From Lama glama (taxonomy: Eukaryota): a stretch of 64,000 nt of DNA. Under the pieces are notes generated by a model. That model was not told the DNA's origin and did not search any database. It saw only the letters and a list, made by a program, of their open reading frames with translations. This document shows positions 1 to 13,890 of the stretch, one piece after another. The DNA lies in the NCBI GenBank assembly GCA_028534125.1, contig CM052816.1, positions 29,700,001 to 29,764,000 on the forward strand, written 5' to 3'. Every line of letters starts with the position of its first letter. Within the stretch, counting starts at the first letter, position 1. The position numbers and the translations under genes were made by a program.

Positions 1-139
1 AAATTAGACTTGACTGATAACTTTTACATATATTTTATGTACCTTTCTTATGAAAGATTAGAAATAGTTTCACACACTTTCCCATAGATAGATAGTTATT
101 ATCATCTAAGATGATGACAATGCCTGGTATGGACAGTGT

Positions 140-485
140 TTAAACTTTTAGCCATTTTAGTAGCTGCGTAGGAATATCTCATGTGGCTTTAATTTGCATT
201 TACCTAATGATTAATGATGCTGAGCATCTTTTCATGTGCTTAATTGCCATCCATATATCTTCTTTGGTTAAGTATACATCAAATGTTTTGCCCATTTTTA
301 TGTTTGCCTCTTTGTTTTCTTATTGATGAGTCTGAGAATTCTTTTTACATTCTGAATACAGGCCCTTTCAAATCACTTGTGTGGTTTGCAAATGTTTTCT
401 CCTAGTCTATTGCTTGCCTTTTATTCCTATCAGCAGTTTTTTTGAAAGTGCTGAATTTCTTAATTTTGATGAAGTCCAATTAATC
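140..485 (-). mobile_element. Old L1 fragment (ORF2 3' region)
   Basis: Antisense L1 motifs ttaatttgcatttacctaatgattaatgatgctgagcatcttttcatgtgct and ttttgatgaagtccaat. Confidence 0.8.
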
Positions 486-1387
486 CAATTTTAAATTAAT
501 ACACACAGATTTTAAGATAAACTATCTACCAGATAAGTCAACTTATTTTACTTTCATGCATGAAGGTGGAAAGAAATAAAGTTTCAAAGTTTTTATGGTT
601 AACAAAACTATATTTCAAGTATTTATATCTTAAGAATACAAACAGAAGTTACAAGATTCTTCCCAGGGCATTCACTTGTCAAACAAGACAACCAATTAAA
701 AAACCAGGTTTTTTAGATACAGGTTAGAGTCACAGGAAATACAAAGCTCCTTTGAAACTACATGACTTGAGAGACTCCTTTGTTACAAGTAAACATTTTT
801 AAGGATGGTTTTATCATAGACAGTAGAACAGGCTGATTACAGTTGTAACTTCACACACAGCCTCTATGCTAGACTTTTGTTCTGTATGTTACCAGGACAG
901 ACCCTCTGACTCAGAATGTTCTGCCATCTGCAGCTGTAGGAGAAAGAGCCTGAGCATCTCTTATTTTTCTGAGATTCCTTTCACTAGCAGTTGCTAATTA
1001 GGAGGGCCTGTCTTCTCAAAGAAGGAATCCCATTAGTTACTAGCTTCTTGGAGAAAACTGCAAGGCCGAGAAACTTAAAATTTACAAAGTGAAATAAGAA
1101 AGAGAAAATTTATTTTAATAAATATGGGTAATGAATGTTTTGTTTTTAAAAGATACTGATATAAATGTGTATATACATAAATACATAACACGTATCTGTA
1201 CACTCAGGTATAAATAACATACACTTACATATATATATATAGTGCAGTTGTTAACAGAGGTTGCTTTTTTTAAAAAACGTTAAATACAGTTGTTTCACTT
1301 TCCTTATCAAATACACTGTGGAAATTTTGTGCAAAAAATGTTAGAGAAACTTCTTGTTCTGAGTTCTTACTCTGCTGTACTATTTTT

Positions 1388-1590
1388 TGCTTCTTCCAGT
1401 TTTATCGAGATATAGTTGACATGTCGCACTGTATAAGTTTAAGGTGTACGGCATAATAATTTGATTTACATACATAATGAAATGATTACCACACTGAGTT
1501 CAGTGAGCATCTGTCATCTTGTATAGACACAAAATAAAAGAAATAGAAAATAAATTTTATTTTATTTTCTCTCATAACAATTTTAAAACA
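1388..1590 (-). mobile_element. L1 3' end fragment (L1MA-like)
   Basis: gagatatagttgacat...gtataagtttaaggtgtac...aatgattaccaca is a typical antisense L1 3' terminus. Confidence 0.7.
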
Positions 1591-1593
1591 TTT

Positions 1594-1953
1594 AAATGGC
1601 CTCAGCATAGTGTTGAAGTGCCATCTAGTGTTCCTAAGCACAAGAAGGCTGTGGTGTGCTTTATGGAGAAAATATGTGCACTAGGTAAGCTTCATTTAGG
1701 CCTGGGTTACATAGTGCTGTTTGCCAAAGAGTCAGTGTTAATGAATCAATAATATATATTAAATAAGGTATCTGTAAACAAAAACACACATAAAACAAGG
1801 TTATGTGCTGATTGACCAAACCAAAAATGTTGTGACCAGGGCTGAAGGGAACCAGATCTTGTATTTCCTCAAGGGCAATAGCTCAATATTTGCTAATTCC
1901 ATTTTTACAGCAACCTTATAAAACCTAACTATTACAAATAACAAGAATCAATT
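1594..1953. mobile_element. Tigger4/MER46-like DNA transposon fragment
   Basis: tctagtgttcctaagcacaagaaggctgtggtgtgctttatggagaaaata and terminal aactattacaaataacaagaatcaattg resemble Tigger4. Confidence 0.7.
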
Positions 1954-1959
1954 GCATAT

Positions 1960-2378
1960 AAACTTCTCACTGAAGTTTAAGTTATATAGAAGTTGGTCCA
2001 AATCGTAAGTGTCCAACTCTGTGAATCTTCACAAAGTGAACATACCTGTAGCCAGTACCCAGATCAAGAAAGAGAATATAAGCAGAATACAGAAACCTCC
2101 CATTTCCCTTTCCTGTCATTATGCCCTCCCATCCCCACAAAAGAAACTAACCTTTATCTTGATTCTAAAAGCATAGTTTTGCCAGTTTTAAGCTTTATAT
2201 AAATGGAATCATATTTGTACTTTTTTATGTCTGGCTTCTTTCATCAACATTAAGTGTACGAAGTTCATTCATGTTGTTGCTTGTACTTTAGTTTTTATCA
2301 TTGTAGAGCATTCCATTGAATATACCACAATTAATTCATTCTATTGTTGATAAGAATTGAAAGTATTATAAATAGTGT
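1960..2378 (-). mobile_element. Old L1 3' UTR fragment, interrupted by the LTR
   Basis: ttatataaatggaatcata...tctggcttctttca...cattcatgttgttgc; continues after the LTR as taatatgaacaatctt. Confidence 0.7.
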
Positions 2379-2814
2379 TGTGAAGGAAAAGCCAGGATGG
2401 GCTAACAAGCTAACTCACAAATCTAAGTGTAACAAGTGTCGGATTACTGATCTGAGTTCTGCTGGGCTAACTCATAAATCTAAGTTAGTTAGTGCCGTGT
2501 TGGTTTGCTGATTCCCTGTTCATGTTTTTTTGCTAGCCAGCTGAATTTTCAAAGAGACGTATCTGGCCTTGAAATGTTGTTTTGCTGCCTCCCTGCCTCT
2601 ACTTTTGTGATAATGATGCTGCTAAAGCTGTTCAATGCCTATTGACCAAATAACCCAAGCTTGTAATTAACCCTATGAAATCTCATGCACACGTCTTGGA
2701 GGTGCTCAGAGCTACGGAGCAGAAGCCCCTCTGAGCCCACCGGCGTAATACATCTAAGTACTCCAACCCTCCGAGTGGTGCTTGTTTCTTGGCTGGCCTG
2801 TCATTTCCATAACA
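2379..2814 (+). mobile_element. Solo ERV LTR, copy 1 (ERV1-like, 4 bp TSD)
   Basis: TG...CA termini, TSD GTGT at 2375-2378 and 2815-2818; clearly homologous to 40535-41003. Confidence 0.9.
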
Positions 2815-4339
2815 GTGTTAATATGAACAATCTTATACTTGTCAGCGTAGTGTTTTTATTTTTAAAAACATTTCCACTTAAATTACATGAAATGCAAATA
2901 TGGAAAGTTACTTATTGTCATATGAACATCTCTAAATCAATAACTGTAAGCTAAAAATGTTGTGAAACTTTTTTTAAGTTTAGCATACAAGGTATTACTT
3001 GTGAAGATAATGAGGGCAAAGTTGTGCCGATGAACTGATTAAAGGATAGCTTTGTTTGCACAGAAGAAAAACTTTTATCCATCCAGAAACTGCAATCATA
3101 ATCCTGACACATAAATAAGATTAAGTATTTTGTTTTAAGTTGGACTGGGTAAAAGAGTTAATAGAGTAAATAAAAGCCAATGATGGAAGTTCATTTCCTG
3201 CTGTAATTACTAACGGAGGGTTCTCAAAATCATTATTACTACCCAAGTATTCATGTGTTCACATATATTTTACATTCTCTGAGGATATATCTTTATTATA
3301 GAATACCATATGCAAATATAATGAGATTTATAATTACTTATAATAAAGATTGTTAAAACTTCTAGTAATAATCATTTATATTTCTTTATAAATTGCCTGT
3401 AAGATATATATTGTCTAGGATACTTTGCCTATAATTTTTGGTAGCCACAATATAATCAATACCATATGATATCCCTTTAAATTACAAAATTCAAAACATT
3501 GGGAAAAAAGGGAGAGGATTCCAAATGCATGTAAGTGCGTATGCTACATCATAAGTATGCTTGACAATCTGACATTGTCAAATGTTAAATTATGTTAAAA
3601 AACATAATAAAAGTAAAGAAGCGGCATTAAAACAATAAAATTTGGGGAAGACCAGACACTATAGTTTCATGATCCTGATCAGTTCCGTTTTTAGCAATTT
3701 AATTCTTACTGAGAATCAAATTAAAATAGAGACTTGATTGCCTCTGATGATCCCTTCTCTAAAGTTTACTGTCTTACCTAGGTCATACCTTTCATGTAAG
3801 TGAAGAAAATGCTATATATAGGTATACAGTATATTGAGCTATACCATGTGAGTTTAAAGAAAGGAGATACGTAGTTTCTAGTTAAATATTACAGTGGGCT
3901 GCAGGTTGTGTCTGAGACTTGTGAGCATAAACTAGAGAAGTTCTTTCAGTGTGTCATTATTATCCATAAAGTAGATTATGAACTTGGATCAAGAGATCAA
4001 AATGACTTGTTTAGGGATATTTGTTTTAAACCCAAGCTAAACACAAAATTAAATCAGATGGTTCACTATAATCTTAAGTTCTTCTTAATGAATCATACTT
4101 AGTTCTGTTTTATCTATACTTTGGGTAATTTACCATTAAATATTCTAATAATGTGTCTATATGATCACATAACAATTCCTTTCCCACCTTATGCCATGTA
4201 GATATAGACATCAATGTATCTAAGAAACAAAATAACTTATGAAAATACAATTATTTAAGTTGATAAAGTATGGAATAGTGGAGAGCTGCAAATACGCTAC
4301 TTGAAATATCATTTATTGAATGTTCAAAGACAAAAAGGA

Positions 4340-5105
4340 AAAAACTGTATCCTTTGCCACAAATAACAAATATTGGCAAGGATGTGGAGAAAAGGGAACC
4401 CTTGTACTCTCTTTGTGGGAATGTAAATTGGTGCAACTACTGTGGAAAAAAGTATGGAGGTTCTTCAAAAAAACTAGAAGTAGAACTACCATATGATCTA
4501 GCAGTTCTACTCCTGGATGTACATCTGAAGAAAACAAAAACACTAATTTGAAAAGATGCACGCACCCCAGTGTTTGTAGCAGCAATATTTACAATAGCCA
4601 AGTTATGGAAGCAAACTAAGTGTCCATCAAGAGGTGAATGGATAAGGAAGATGTGTGTGTGTGTATATATATATGCAGCGAAATTCTACTTAGCCATAAA
4701 AAAGAATGAAATTCTGTCTGGAGGATCTGGAGGGTATTATACTTAGTGAAATAAGTCAGAGAGAGAAAGACAAATAATGTATGTTATCACTTATATGTGA
4801 AATCTAAAAAATAAAATAGTGAATATAACAGAAAAGAAACAGACTCACAGATAAAGAGAACAAGCTAGTGGTTACCACGGGGAGAAGGAAGCAGGGAGCA
4901 ACAAGATAGGCATAGGGGATTAAGAGGTCCAAACTACTGTGTATAAAATTGAAAGCTATAAGGATATACTGTACAGCACAGGGAATATGGCCAGTATTTT
5001 ATAATAACTACAAATGGAGTATAATCTTTAAAAATGGTGAGTCACTATGTTGTACACCAGAAACTTATATAGTATTTTAAGTCAACTGTACCTCAATAAA
5101 CTTTT
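4340..5105 (+). mobile_element. L1 ORF2 end and 3' UTR
   Basis: Peptide remnant [19 protein letters not shown]...ELPYDLA; ends tacctcaataaa. Confidence 0.9.
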
Positions 5106-5496
5106 TAAGAATGTCCTTTCTGTTGAATAGTACTTAAAGCATAGCAGAGACTCAATAAATATTTATAGGATGAATGAAATATAAAGTATATCTGTGGGAA
5201 TATATAACTACACTTACAAAGCATGTGAATATATGACAACTATAATCCATACTTTAAAATACATTGTAAACTGGTAAAAGTACCCAGATTTCTGTAAACC
5301 AAAGAATTACATTTTCAGGTGGGACTCAGTATTTACAGTTAACTTTATGGTTATGTCTGAACACTTGGAACTTTTCTTCAATGTAATTATCTCTGTGGAT
5401 CTTATTCATACTTAGCAAATCTGTTTTTAAAGTGTTTCTAATCAATACAGAGGATAAAAACAAGAATTAAATTTTTTCCAATCACAATCATCTCTA

Positions 5497-5713
5497 CAGA
5501 TACTAACTACTATATATAAAACAGATAAACAACAAGGTCCTACTGTACAGAATAGGGAACTATATTCATTACCTTGTAACAACCTGTTATGAGAAAGAAT
5601 ATGAAAATATGTTTATAGGTATAACTGAATCACTATGCTGTACGCCAGAAATTAACATAATGTTATAAAAATGATTATACTTCAGTTTTTAAAAAAGGAG
5701 CGGAAAAAGCCCT
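5497..5713 (+). mobile_element. 5'-truncated L1 3' end with TSD
   Basis: TSD aatcatctcta at 5486-5496 and 5714-5724; similar to the L1 3' end at about 61540-61735. Confidence 0.85.
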
Positions 5714-6899
5714 AATCATCTCTATAAACATCTATTTGGAATAAGTATGCCTGTTACTTTATATGATCCACATATTATTCACAGTAGACTTAATACTTAC
5801 TGAAACTCATAAGTCTATAATAATTTTTGATATGTCTTTGTTTTTAACTTGGTCATTAAAATTATCTTAAGTATTATTATAGTGAAAACAATACATCCTG
5901 AAAATCTACTTTTTTCACCAAAAATTTTGTTACTAATGTTCACTATCCTAAATGATACCAACTTAAGTCAGTATTCTACTAACACAGTGATGATAATATT
6001 GCCTAAAAACTTTTTCTGGGAAACAAATGAGATAAATTTTAAATAGCTTTGAGAACTATAAACTGCCACATGGTTAGTAAGAACTGTCAGTGTGTTTTCA
6101 TAAATATGAAGAATGTCAATAGTATTTCTTCTTTTAAAAAGAAAAAGACAGAAATTATGAGAGAAATGGACATCGTACACCATATTAAATAAGAAGAAAT
6201 AAGCACCCTCTTTCATAGAGTTCTGCTTGTTTTGCTTGAATTTTTAAAAACACTAGTTATAAACTATGATCTAGTGGGAATGCTGACCAATGTTAAAGGA
6301 TTTCAGTTCCACAAAGTAAAAACTCAGTAATACTTGAGACTGACTTCAGAATACTTTGAGAATGCAAGTATGATCTGGTTCTCTGAAGACTATGATAATT
6401 TCAGTGAGGGGAGTGTTTTAGGACCTCCACTCCAGCTCTCTAGCATTCTAAGGCAGGTTCCTATCACCCCTCTACATTCTTTAAAAGTTGAATATTATAA
6501 ATACTATGTAAGTCATTATGAAGATGAAATCCCATTAAAAAAAATTGAATTCCCCAGAAATATAAAAAAGTTATCATGTACCGAAAAAAAGAAAAGAACA
6601 AAAATCTCTACCATCTTTATCATCACCATACTCTTGTTTATTAATATATATTTGAAATTCAATCAAATAAAATGGAAGAATTAAGGATAAATAATATTTT
6701 GCCTAAAATATAACATTTTATTACATAATTTTACCTGAATATTAGTATGAAATTATGTCACAAAGAATAAATAATAAAAATCTCTATATGTCCTCATTTA
6801 GAATTATAACCAGTAGTTTCAGTGCACATCATTAGTGTCTATATTAAATTTATACTTTTAGCAAGACAAGGTGATTAAATTAAAACAATATATGAAACT

Positions 6900-7200
6900 A
6901 ATCAGATACCAGTTTACACCATCACATTGGCAAAAATTAAAATAATAATGCAATATCCAGGATTGTTGAGTGTATGGGATCACAGATGCTTTCATAGACT
7001 GTTAGTGGAGACTGATCTGGCAGTGTCTTTCAAGATATAAAATGTACATACCTTTTGACCCGAAGTTCACTTCTAGGAATCTAATAAAAATTTTCCCAAG
7101 TTCAAAGATATCCACTAAAATATAGTAATGACACCCTAAATGTCCAGTGAAAGGGATGGTTAAAAGAATTATAATACTTATGCACTGTACTGACATAGAA
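6900..7200 (+). mobile_element. Degraded old L1 fragment
   Basis: agataccagtttacacc...tggcaaaaatt...ccttttgacccgaagttcacttctaggaat. Confidence 0.6.
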
Positions 7201-7699
7201 ACGGATCCACAAAAAAGAAAAAAGAGGAAAAAAAATCAAGTTCCAGAGTAATTCAGTCAGCTGACATTAAGGGTTCTGCCTGTTTTTAGAACAAATCCCT
7301 TAGACATAACGGGGTACATAAAGAGACAGTGAATGAAAGACGTACCTAAATCTCTCCTGAATTTGGTAGTAGTAGCTAGTTGAGGGACAAAAGCCAAGAA
7401 AATAGGGGACAACAGAAGAAACGCAAAAAGAGAGAGAATATGGCAAAAGACAAGACCTGGGAGCATGTGAAGAAAGAACAGGGTTATTAAAAATTCAATT
7501 TTAAATAGTTCACCTTGTTACAATCCTTCCCCTGCCCCGCGACTTCATCTGCCCAGGCATTCATTAGTCTACTATGTACAGATGAATGCTTTGTGCGAGT
7601 GGTGTCGGATAAATTGTGGGAAAGGGGCAGCATTCCACATCTGGATAGAGAGGAAGCCGAGAAAAAGGAGCATCCACAGGAGGTAAGAGTGCAGCAGAA

Positions 7700-8330
7700 T
7701 TAGGAGGTATGAACTTTCAGCTGCAGGATAAATGAGTCTCAGTTATGAAATGTACAGCATGGGGAATATAGTCAATAATTATGTAATATCTTTGTATGGT
7801 GACATATTGTAATTAGACTTACCATGGTGAGCAGTTTGAAATGTATAGAAAAAAATCACTATGTTGTGTAACAAGAACTAACAGTGTTGTGGTCAGTTAC
7901 ACTACTTCAAAAACAAACATACAAACAAACTCATAGAAAAAGAGGTTAGATTGTGGTTACCAGAGGCGAAGGAGGAGGGGAAGGGGGAGTTGGAGGAAGG
8001 CAGTCTAAAGGTACAAACTTCTAGTTACAAGATAAATAAGTACTAGGAAGGTAATGTACAGCACAATGACTATAGCCAAGGCTATCACTGCTGTATGATA
8101 TATAGGAAGGTTAAGAGAGTAAATAAATCCTAAGCGTTCTTATCACAAGGAGAAAATTCTTTTTGTTCTTTCTTTTCTCCTTTCTTTCCCTTTTATTATA
8201 TCTATATGAGAACATGAATATCAACTGAACCTGTTGTGGTAATTGTTTCACAGTGTATGTAAATCAAATCACGTTGTACACCTTAAACTTATACAGTAAG
8301 GTGTGTCAGTTATTTCTCAATGAAGCTGAG
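7700..8330 (+). mobile_element. L1 3' UTR fragment
   Basis: aatgtacagcatggggaatatagtcaataat, gtggttaccagagg, gttgtacaccttaaacttatacag...tctcaatgaagctg. Confidence 0.85.
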
Positions 8331-8558
8331 AAGTTTATCTTCTGATTCTTTACTGATCAGGAATTGACTGTAGCATTGCACATTAATTTGTTTTTACCCA
8401 GGATCAGCTAACTGTTAAATTACTACTTTTCAAATGGCATAATGTATATTCTTCAGAATAAATTCTTACCGAGGTCAACTTTTAGGAGACTTCACATGTA
8501 CCTGTATAAAAGACTAAGAGTTAATTTTCAAATAATAATTTTACAATGATGCACATTT

Positions 8559-8665
8559 GGGGGGGTTAATTAGGTTTATTTATTAGTTTTTAGAGGAGGT
8601 ACTGGGGATTGAACCCAGGACCTTGTGTATGCTTAGCTCTACCACTTGAGCTATACCCTCCCCCC
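8559..8665 (-). mobile_element. tRNA-Ala-derived SINE (camelid Vic-1-like)
   Basis: Reverse complement has A/B boxes (tagctcaagtggtaga, gggttcaatcccc); TSD aatgatgcacattt at 8545-8558 and 8667-8680. Confidence 0.9.
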
Positions 8666-8844
8666 AAATGATGCACATTTTTAAAAAAGGATTATTTAGT
8701 GCATTTTGTTTTACACATTGATTCTTTTAAACTACTTTTAATTTAGTTTTTTTTCACAGGAACAGAAGCTATGCCATTTTAGGTCTGTCCGGCCATGACT
8801 TGTATAGCCTAATGTATTGTATTTGACAGTAAGGTGTGGCTGCT

Positions 8845-9408
8845 GTTGCAGTTAACTGTTGCTACATATGCAGGGGCAATTAACTTGGCAGGTTAGAGAC
8901 TGCTATCCTTAGAACATTCTTGGGAGAATGGCCAGTGGCATCTGAGAATGTAAATGGTAAACAGTTTCCAACACAGATATGAAACTTTCCCTAAATGATA
9001 AGAGTAGCTCATTGTGCTTAACTGTGCAAACAATGTGATATATAATGAACACCTGCTTTTTTCTGAGTCTGAAATTTGGTATGTACTAGGCAGAGAGTAT
9101 CTGTGACTAACTTCCAATAAAGACCTTGGATACCATGTCTCTGATGAGTTTTCCTAGTAGGCAACACTTCACGCAGGTTGTCACAGTTTAATGCTGGAGG
9201 ATTTAAGTGCATCCTATTTGACCTAACTGGGAGAGGACTTTTGGAAGCTTGAGGCTGATTTCCTCTGGGTGTGTGTCTTTTCCCTTTGGTGATTTTGCTT
9301 TGTACTCTTTCACTGTAATAAATCTTTGTCATACATTCAAGTCAATGCTGAGTTCTGTGAATCCTAGTGAATCACTGGACTTGTGGGTGGTCTTGGGAAC
9401 CCGTGACA
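8845..9408 (+). mobile_element. MER21-like LTR
   Basis: ttccaataaagaccttgga...tctctgatgagttttcctagtagg...gtaataaatc...gtcttgggaacccgtgaca. Confidence 0.7.
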
Positions 9409-9409
9409 A

Positions 9410-9660
9410 ACTGCCTAACAAAATGCGGCAAAACTTAGCATCTTAAAACAACCATATTATTGTATCTCACAACTTTGTTGGTCAATAATTCAGTTTGACT
9501 TGTTGATAGAGGTCACTTAGTGGTGTTCACCTAATAGTTGGTCTGGACTGGAGGATCCAAGAGCTTTATCCTTGTATCTGGCACTTCGGCAGCAATGGAT
9601 GGAAGGCTGTGCTCAGCTGGGACTGTTGACTGGAATGCATCCGTGTGGTGTCTTCTGTAT
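9410..9660 (-). mobile_element. MLT1 (MaLR) LTR fragment
   Basis: aaaacttagcatcttaaaacaacc...ctggactggaggatccaag...gctcagctgggactgttgac. Confidence 0.65.
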
Positions 9661-10422
9661 TAGAGCCCTGAAATGCCAATTAAGAAATTAACCTACCCTG
9701 AATAGACAGATAATTCACTTACTTATCTTATGCTTCTGAAATACTTATATTTTTATTCTTAGCAGAAATAATTGGAGTTCTGAATTCCTTATATTATCAC
9801 ATATTTTGTAATATGTGATTATTAGTTCCTTTTATTTTCCCCAACTGCCTTGCCTTTATACGTTAAGGAATTTCTTTTTGTTTAGCTAAATAATTGTGTT
9901 CGTGTTATCCATACCCTATGTGATTTTATTAATGAGTAACATCTTCTCTTGCCTTGTATTTCTAAGAAGAGAATGTTTTTATTATATCCTCTTTAGAGAG
10001 TGACTATTCTAGTTGTTTTTATCTTAAACATTTCCATATTCACTTTTTCATTTGAAAATGAAAAATATGAACTGTATGCAAATGATAGGCCTAGATGCAT
10101 TGTAATTTTTTTCTCCAGAAGAACTACGGAGGCATGAATTCCCTTTGCAGAAAATATTATCACTTTTTATGACTAGAAATGATTCTTAATATGGAAAAAT
10201 TTTGAACCTGTGATTAGCAATGTTTCTTTACTCACTGGTTTGTAGTTCCTTGACAGCCCTTGGATTCTTTTTTAATGAATATGATGAAGAATTCTTGAAT
10301 CTTCTCAGTGACTTTTATATATTTTAGCTCATAGTTTGATAGCTTCACATTTGAGTTCCATCAGAACTCATGAATGAATGTTATTCAATTCTAATTTATT
10401 TGTATTCAACAATCATGTTTAT

Positions 10423-10459
10423 AAAAACAACACTGTAAACTGACTATACTTCATTAAAA
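10423..10459 (+). mobile_element. Ultra-short L1 3' terminus insertion
   Basis: caacactgtaaactgactatacttcatt plus A tail; TSD aatcatgtttat at 10411-10422 and 10460-10471. Confidence 0.8.
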
Positions 10460-11939
10460 AATCATGTTTATTTTTTGGTATTAACAATAAATGATATCTC
10501 TATTGGATACTATTAAGCATTAGAAAGTAATTTCAGCATGCATTATTTAATTTCATTCTTTGATCAAATTGTAAGATAGTTTGAATAAGTATTATTTTTA
10601 ATTGAATCATAATGTTTTATAGTAGCGGTTAATTTGGCATTCTCTATATGTCAAGGATTATATTTCATATTTGTGAATATTACATGGCTCTCATTTTAAG
10701 AAGCTCTCTCTCTTCATAACTTGCTCCAGTATATATTTACAGTAATATTGTTTCTGTTGTTTAGGTTCAAATAAAAACAGTCTGCTGTAAATTAGAGTAA
10801 TAGACTTAGAAGGGATCTCAAATCTCTGGGTACCAGAGATACAAGAGATTTCTTATTATCCTCCTTGTGCTTATCTGTATTTTGAAATTTTTCTGCTTTG
10901 AGCAGGAAAGAGGAAATAAATTTTTAGGAATTTAGGAATTAGAAGGAAATATTTTCCTTCAAAGAGGAAAATAAAAATTTCCTGATATCTTGTCATCCAT
11001 AAATAATCATAGTTAGCATTTTGGTCATTTTCTTTCTTCTGCATTTTCCTGTGGATTTGAGGAAGTATTATTAAAAGTCCCATGTCACAGATGAGAAACC
11101 TGCGTCTCAGGGTAACTTTAGTTCTATAGTTCTGGAAGAACTTGAATGAGAATAGAGATCTAATCATTCCAAATCCCAGTGCTCATGAGCACCCGCTTGG
11201 TTTTAGGGGCACCATGCTACCATCCATAGTCCTGGTGTTTGGAGTTTTGCATTGCTGTTGTTAATCTTGATCAAGGCAGGCAGGACAACATTATGCACTC
11301 CACTTGTGTCAGGATTGGAAATTTGATGTTCGGAGCTCGATATTTGGGTACTTGAGATGAACCCTGAACACTTGGTCACAGTGAGCCTCCCTTCTGCTTT
11401 GCTGCACTTAGATTGCTCAGATGACTGAATTTCAGCCTTGACTTCTGATTTATCATTCCATTTCCCCCAGTAGAACTGAACTCTGCCTTAAATCCCCATC
11501 TAGGAAGAATTAAAACATTCTTGCTCTTAGAAATTGGACCACAAAAGCCCCATCTGCTGACTGGAATCTTGTTCCAAAGATGGGATCATGATAGTAACAC
11601 CCACCAGACTCTTCTCACCTTATCTCACTCACTAGTTGGAGGGCTTTTAGCTATTTAACTACCATTTCAGTGCCATTAAAGACATGGTAATTTTTACTGT
11701 TGCTCATCCTCTTTGGGCAGCAGTGTAGACATACCCACTTTCTTCCTTTTACTCATCAGCATATATTGAAATTGAAGCTGTAGTAAGGACTTTCAGGGTT
11801 TTTTCCATCAGGGTACACTATTTCCTTAGCATAATCCTAAACTATTAATTAGGTGTTTTCAAGTGTGTCTTCTGTACTATTCCCATTAAAACGAAATTGA
11901 AAATTCAGAATCTCTTTAAAGAAATAATTTCCAATCTGA

Positions 11940-12600
11940 AGTTTATGGGGGGTGGTTAGAGCTTGAAGTATACATATGTGAGTCATTTCCAGTTAAGTGG
12001 CAAGTGAAACCAGGCTGTGGATGATACTATCTCGAATGAGAATATAAAGTAAAAAAGAATATTTAAGATTGGACCTTGAGGAACTTGAATATTTAATGAC
12101 CAGGAGAGAAGATTGAAACCACAAAGGAGACAGAGAATGTGTAACCAGATAAGTAGAAGGAAAACTAAGGGAGTCTGGTGTCTTGGGAACAAAGGAAGAA
12201 GAGTGTTAGAGAGTTGATTGCTCCTGCGAGATCAATTAGGATGAGGACTGAGAAGTATCCATTCGTTTTAGTGACATGATGATCCTTGTTTATTTTAGTA
12301 AGAGTGTTACAGTGGAGTGATGGGATAGAAACCAGGCAGTGAGGCTTAAGGGGCAAGTAGAGGTGAAGAAATTAATCCAGTAAGCATAGAAAATTATCTT
12401 AAGTAGTTTGGGAAGAAAAGAAGTGAGGTAGAAACTGGATGGAATTGTGAGGTTAGTGGAAGGTGTTTTATTTATTATTATATGTTTCAAATAGGAGAGA
12501 CTTAAGTATAATTAAAAACCAGTAGGAATTAGTTGAGAGGGACAGGTCAAGTGTGTCATAGAAAGGATGATTGATAGTATGTTTCTGAGGAAGTAATAAG
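11940..12600 (-). mobile_element. L2 fragment
   Basis: Purine-rich L2-type text (aattaggatgaggactgagaagtatccatt, gtgagggcttaag-like segments). Confidence 0.6.
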
Positions 12601-12689
12601 GCTGAATAAAGCTGTTTTGAACAAACTTTTACAAGGCCTTTTGTGTTGCCTGCTTTCATTTCTCTTCAGTAAATATCTATGAGTTGAAT

Positions 12690-13700
12690 TTCTGTGTCTT
12701 TTGTTTAACTTTATAAGAAGTGGCCAAATAGTTATCCAAAGTGGTTATACCATTTTACTTCCTCATCAATATTGTGTTCCACATTCTTGCCAACACTTTT
12801 TCAGTGTTTTCAGTTTTCAGCTAATCTAAAGGCAGAGTAGTGGTATCTCATTGTGGGTTTGATTTGCATTTTCCTGATAATGATGGTTGAACATGTTTGC
12901 ATGTTTTCATTTGTTGGTCATATTTCTTATTGAGTGAAGTGTCCTTTCCTATTTTGGGGGAGGATTGTTTTATTATTGAGTTGCAGGAGTTTTAAATATA
13001 TTCTGCAGAGTAGTCCTTTCTCAGACATATGTATTGGAAATATTTTGTCCTGATCTCTGTTTTGCCTTTGCATTTCTTAGTGTTGATTTTGAAGAGCAGA
13101 AACTTTTAATTTTAATCAAGTCCAGTTTATCAGTCTTTTTTTAAAAAATGGTTTTTGTTTTTGTGCTTTGTATACTCAGCAATCTTTCTCTACTCATAGG
13201 TCATGAAGTTTTTCTTCTACTTTTTCTTTTAGAAGTTATGTATTTTTATTTGGGTGATATATTTTGAGCTTTTTTATGATTTGAGTTTTGTGTGTGGTGT
13301 GAAGAAAGAGTAACATTTATATTTTCAAAAAATATGGCTGTGTTAGTTGTTTCAGTACCATTTGTGGGTAAGATTTGTCATTCCTTTGTTGAATCATTTC
13401 TCTGATTCATTTTTTGAAAAAATGCCTTGACCACGTATGGGTGAGTCTGTCTCTGTTCCATTTATGTGTGTGTCTATCTTTAACATCAACACCAGACTGC
13501 CTTTATTGTTGTATCTTTGTAATAAGTCTTGAAATCAGGTAGTGTAAGGCATCCAACTCTATTCTTTTCTTTCCTGTTTTATAAAAATTGTTTTGGATTT
13601 CCTTTGCATTTCTGCATACGCTTTGGAATCTATTTTTTATTTTCTAGCAAAAATCTGCTGAGTTTGGACTAGGATTGTATCGAATCCCAAGTGAGAATGG
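12690..13700 (-). mobile_element. Old L1 (ORF2) fragment
   Basis: agtggttataccattttac...tggtatctcattgtgggtttgatttgcattt...gtaataagtcttgaaatcaggtagtgt. Confidence 0.8.
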
Positions 13701-13890
13701 GTAGAAAAATGAAATGGCCTTTTCCAATCAAATTCACATTTGAGAAAGCTCACTCATCTGACAGAGTGCTAGAGTGCATTAAAAGAGAGTAGGATTGGAG
13801 ACTGAACATTTCTAGTCCAGGTGATAAATGATGAAGACTAGAAGAAAGGCACTGGTGGTAGGCTGTAGAGAAGTATATACTTTTGAAACC

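Noticed and set aside
6334..6684. 116 aa ORF in non-repeat sequence
   Set aside because: Non-ATG start, AT-rich low-complexity composition, no recognisable domain or splice support.
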